Shown: positions 60,289 through 64,000 of the stretch, in pieces | How positions within the stretch are numbered: position 1 is the first letter of the stretch | Layout: every line of letters starts with the position of its first letter | Source: Escherichia coli | GTDB taxonomy: Bacteria > Pseudomonadota > Gammaproteobacteria > Enterobacterales > Enterobacteriaceae | NCBI RefSeq assembly: GCF_017348835.2 | Contig: NZ_CP071375.1 | Strand: one strand, 5' to 3' | DNA length: 64,000 bases | The notes under the pieces: generated by a model | Database searches by the model: none | The model's input: only the letters and a program-made list of their open reading frames with translations | Told to the model about the DNA's origin: nothing | Made by a program: the position numbers and the translations under genes

Positions 60289-61746
60289 TTACTTCGCTGG
60301 AATTTCTTTCAGCAGTTCAGTCAGCAGTGTCCAGTAATGACCTACGCTTTCGATGTGAACTTGCTCATCCGGAGAGTGTGGACCGGTGATTGTTGGCCCG
60401 ATAGAAACCATGTCCATTTCCGGATACGGTTTTTTGAACAGACCACATTCCAGGCCCGCGTGGATAATCTGGATGTTCGGCGTCTTGTTGAACAGACGCT
60501 GATAGGTTTCACGTACCAGATGCATCACCGGAGAGTTAGCGTCCGGCTGCCAGCCAGGATATGCGCCTTTCGCTTCGGTTTTCGCGCCAGCCAGTTTACC
60601 CAGCGAATCCAGCATGCTCACCACGTAGTCTTTACCGCTGTCGATCAGAGAACGGATCAGGCAGTGAATTTCTACATTATTGTCAGTCATGGTCACCACA
60701 CCGACGTTCAGGGAGGTTTCGACCACACCTTTTGCCACGTCGGAATTGCGGATAACACCGTTCGGGGTGGCGTTCAGCAGACGAATAAAGGTATCGCGAG
60801 ATTTCGCAATCAGGGCAGCTTTATCGTTCGCTACAGAGTCCAGCAACAAGGCCAGATTTTTCTCTTTCTCTGCCAGCTCGTTTTTCAGGATCTCCTGATA
60901 GGTATTCACCAGAGATTTCAGGGCGTCGACTTTATCAGCTGCGACAGCAATGGTCGCAAAGGCTTCACGCGGGATGGCGTTACGCAGTGTGCCGCCGTTG
61001 AAATCAATAAGACGCAGATCCAGTTCTTCTGCATGACCCGCCAGGAAGCGCACCAGCAGTTTGTTGGCATTACCCAGGCCAACGTGGATTTCACCGCCGG
61101 AGTGACCGCCTTTCAGACCTTTTAAGGTTAACTTGAAGGTTTCAAAACCAGCTGGAACCGCTTCACGATCTAAATGCAGGTTGGAGGTGAAGTCGATACC
61201 CCCCGCACAACCCATGTAGATTTCACCTTCTTCTTCGGAGTCGGTGTTAATCAGAATATCAGCCTGCAACCAGTTGCTCTGTAAGCCGAACGCACCGTCC
61301 ATACCGGCTTCTTCGGTCATGGTCAGCAGCACTTCCAGCGGACCGTGAACCACGTTTTCGTCAGCCAGAACCGCCAGCGCAGACGCCATACCAATGCCGT
61401 TATCCGCACCCAGCGTGGTGCCGCGCGCTTTAACCCATTCGCCATCAATATAAGGCTGGATAGGATCTTTCGTGAAGTCATGCACGGTGTCGTTATTTTT
61501 CTGCGGCACCATATCGAGGTGGGCCTGTAAGACGACCGGTTTACGATTTTCCATACCTGCGGTAGCAGGTTTACGAATCAGGATATTACCTACCTGATCG
61601 CGTTCGACATGGAAACCTTTCTCTTTTGCCCAACCAACAATGTATTCAGCGAGTTGCTCTTCATGATAGGACGGGTGAGGAATAGAACAGATTTTGGCAA
61701 AAATATCCCACAGCGGCTGTGGAGATAATTGAGACAGTTCAGACAC
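60289..61746 (-). CDS. pepD: Cytosol non-specific dipeptidase (aminoacyl-histidine dipeptidase)
   Basis: 485 aa M20-family ORF. Confidence 0.9.
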   Translation of the reverse strand: MSELSQLSPQPLWDIFAKICSIPHPSYHEEQLAEYIVGWAKEKGFHVERDQVGNILIRKPATAGMENRKPVVLQAHLDMVPQKNNDTVHDFTKDPIQPYIDGEWVKARGTTLGADNGIGMASALAVLADENVVHGPLEVLLTMTEEAGMDGAFGLQSNWLQADILINTDSEEEGEIYMGCAGGIDFTSNLHLDREAVPAGFETFKLTLKGLKGGHSGGEIHVGLGNANKLLVRFLAGHAEELDLRLIDFNGGTLRNAIPREAFATIAVAADKVDALKSLVNTYQEILKNELAEKEKNLALLLDSVANDKAALIAKSRDTFIRLLNATPNGVIRNSDVAKGVVETSLNVGVVTMTDNNVEIHCLIRSLIDSGKDYVVSMLDSLGKLAGAKTEAKGAYPGWQPDANSPVMHLVRETYQRLFNKTPNIQIIHAGLECGLFKKPYPEMDMVSIGPTITGPHSPDEQVHIESVGHYWTLLTELLKEIPAK

Positions 61747-62006
61747 GTTAAGTCTCCTTGTCGATCACCCGCAAAACAGTATTGCAGGTCACAGGGTTAG
61801 CAGAAAATGTTGTCAACACAAGACATGCTTGCGAGATATGTTTGAGAATACCACTTTATCCCGCGTCAGGGAGAGGCAGTGCGTAAAAAGACGCGGACTC
61901 ATGTGAAATACTGGTTTTTAGTGCGCCAGATCTCTATAATCTCGCGCAACCTATTTTCCCCTCGAACACTTTTTAAGCCGTAGATAAACAGGCTGGGACA
62001 CTTCAC

Positions 62007-62465
62007 ATGAGCGAAAAATACATCGTCACCTGGGACATGTTGCAGATCCATGCACGTAAACTCGCAAGCCGACTGATGCCTTCTGAACAATGGAAAGGCA
62101 TTATTGCCGTAAGCCGTGGCGGTCTGGTACCGGGTGCGTTACTGGCGCGTGAACTGGGTATTCGTCATGTCGATACCGTTTGTATTTCCAGCTACGATCA
62201 CGACAACCAGCGCGAGCTTAAAGTGCTGAAACGCGCAGAAGGCGATGGCGAAGGCTTCATCGTTATTGATGACCTGGTGGATACCGGTGGTACTGCGGTT
62301 GCGATTCGTGAAATGTATCCAAAAGCGCACTTTGTCACCATCTTTGCAAAACCGGCTGGTCGTCCGCTGGTTGATGACTATGTTGTTGATATCCCGCAAG
62401 ATACCTGGATTGAACAGCCGTGGGATATGGGTGTCGTATTCGTCCCGCCAATCTCCGGTCGCTAA
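62007..62465 (+). CDS. gpt: Xanthine-guanine phosphoribosyltransferase
   Basis: 152 aa; PRPP-binding motif [11 protein letters not shown]. Confidence 0.9.
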
Positions 62466-62556
62466 TCTTTTCAACGCCTGGCACTGCCGGGCGTTGTTCT
62501 TTTTAACTTCAGGCGGGTTACAATAGTTTCCAGTAAGTATTCTGGAGGCTGCATCC

Positions 62557-63801
62557 ATGACACAGGCAAACCTGAGCGAAACCCTGTTCAAACCCCGCTT
62601 TAAACATCCTGAAACCTCGACGCTAGTCCGCCGCTTTAATCACGGCGCACAACCGCCTGTGCAGTCGGCCCTTGATGGTAAAACCATCCCTCACTGGTAT
62701 CGCATGATTAACCGTCTGATGTGGATCTGGCGCGGCATTGACCCACGTGAAATCCTCGACGTCCAGGCACGTATTGTGATGAGCGATGCCGAACGTACCG
62801 ACGATGATTTATACGATACGGTGATTGGCTACCGTGGCGGCAACTGGATTTATGAGTGGGCCACCCAGGCGATGGTGTGGCAACAAAAAGCCTGTGCGGA
62901 AGAAGATCCGCAACTCAGTGGGCGTCACTGGCTGCATGCGGCTACGTTGTACAACATTGCCGCCTATCCTCATCTGAAAGGAGATGACCTGGCCGAGCAA
63001 GCGCAGGCTTTGTCAAACCGCGCCTATGAAGAGGCCGCTCAGCGTCTACCGGGCACGATGCGGCAGATGGAGTTTACCGTACCCGGCGGTGCGCCCATCA
63101 CCGGCTTTTTGCATATGCCGAAAGGCGATGGCCCGTTCCCGACGGTATTAATGTGTGGTGGTCTGGATGCGATGCAGACGGACTATTACAGCCTGTATGA
63201 ACGTTATTTTGCGCCGCGCGGCATTGCGATGCTGACTATTGATATGCCGTCGGTGGGCTTTTCTTCAAAATGGAAGCTCACCCAGGACTCCAGCCTGTTG
63301 CATCAGCACGTCTTAAAGGCGCTGCCTAACGTACCGTGGGTGGATCACACTCGCGTCGCGGCCTTTGGTTTCCGTTTCGGCGCTAACGTTGCCGTGCGTC
63401 TGGCATACCTTGAATCGCCGCGTCTGAAAGCGGTTGCCTGTCTTGGTCCGGTAGTTCATACCCTGTTGAGTGATTTTAAGTGCCAGCAACAGGTGCCGGA
63501 AATGTATCTTGACGTTCTGGCGAGTCGTTTGGGGATGCATGATGCTTCCGACGAAGCGTTACGCGTGGAGCTGAATCGTTATTCATTAAAAGTGCAAGGA
63601 TTGCTGGGGCGTCGCTGCCCAACGCCAATGTTATCAGGCTACTGGAAGAACGATCCGTTCAGCCCGGAAGAGGACTCACGCTTAATCACCTCATCCTCTG
63701 CTGACGGTAAATTATTAGAGATCCCATTTAACCCGGTGTATCGGAATTTTGACAAAGGTCTTCAGGAAATCACGGACTGGATCGAAAAACGTTTGTGTTA
63801 A
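62557..63801 (+). CDS. frsA: Esterase FrsA (fermentation/respiration switch protein)
   Basis: 414 aa alpha/beta hydrolase ORF. Confidence 0.85.

Positions 63802-64000
<199 letters not shown>

Noticed and set aside
60337-61125. 262 aa plus-strand ORF antisense to pepD
   Set aside because: Antisense to a well-supported M20 peptidase gene; low-complexity translation

Overview
This window is an Escherichia coli / Shigella-type chromosomal segment running from accA to crl. It matches the E. coli K-12 gene order as I recall it (accA-ldcC-yaeR-tilS-rof-yaeP-yaeQ-arfB-nlpE-yaeF-proS-tsaA-rcsF-metQIN-gmhB-rrnH-dkgB-yafC-yafD-yafE-mltD-gloB-yafS-rnhA-dnaQ-aspV ... yafV-ivy-fadE-gmhA-yafJ-yafK-yafQ-dinJ-yafL ... 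lfhA'-lafU'-dinB-yafP-ykfJ-prfH'-pepD-gpt-frsA-crl). All gene names come from reading the translated ORFs against remembered protein families; no database search was run. The complete rrnH operon (16S, tRNA-Ile, tRNA-Ala, 23S, 5S, tRNA-Asp) is present. The main non-core feature is a roughly 16.7 kb island between tRNA-Asp (aspV) and yafV. It holds only three type VI secretion core genes (tssF-tssG-tssA), a VgrG N-terminal region fused in frame to an Rhs C-terminal core plus toxin tip, and three 5'-truncated Rhs modules. Each Rhs module carries a different C-terminal toxin domain followed by an AT-rich putative immunity gene, and two SymE-like toxin gene copies sit behind conserved hairpins. 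Other strain-specific features are an IS3-family element of 1310 bp (IS629-like) inserted in prfH with a 3 bp target duplication, a dinB operon that goes straight into yafP without yafN-yafO, and a HicB-like pair where K-12 has rayT. The island is the best candidate for undescribed biology: a decayed T6SS locus that still holds a diversified polymorphic-toxin and immunity array.
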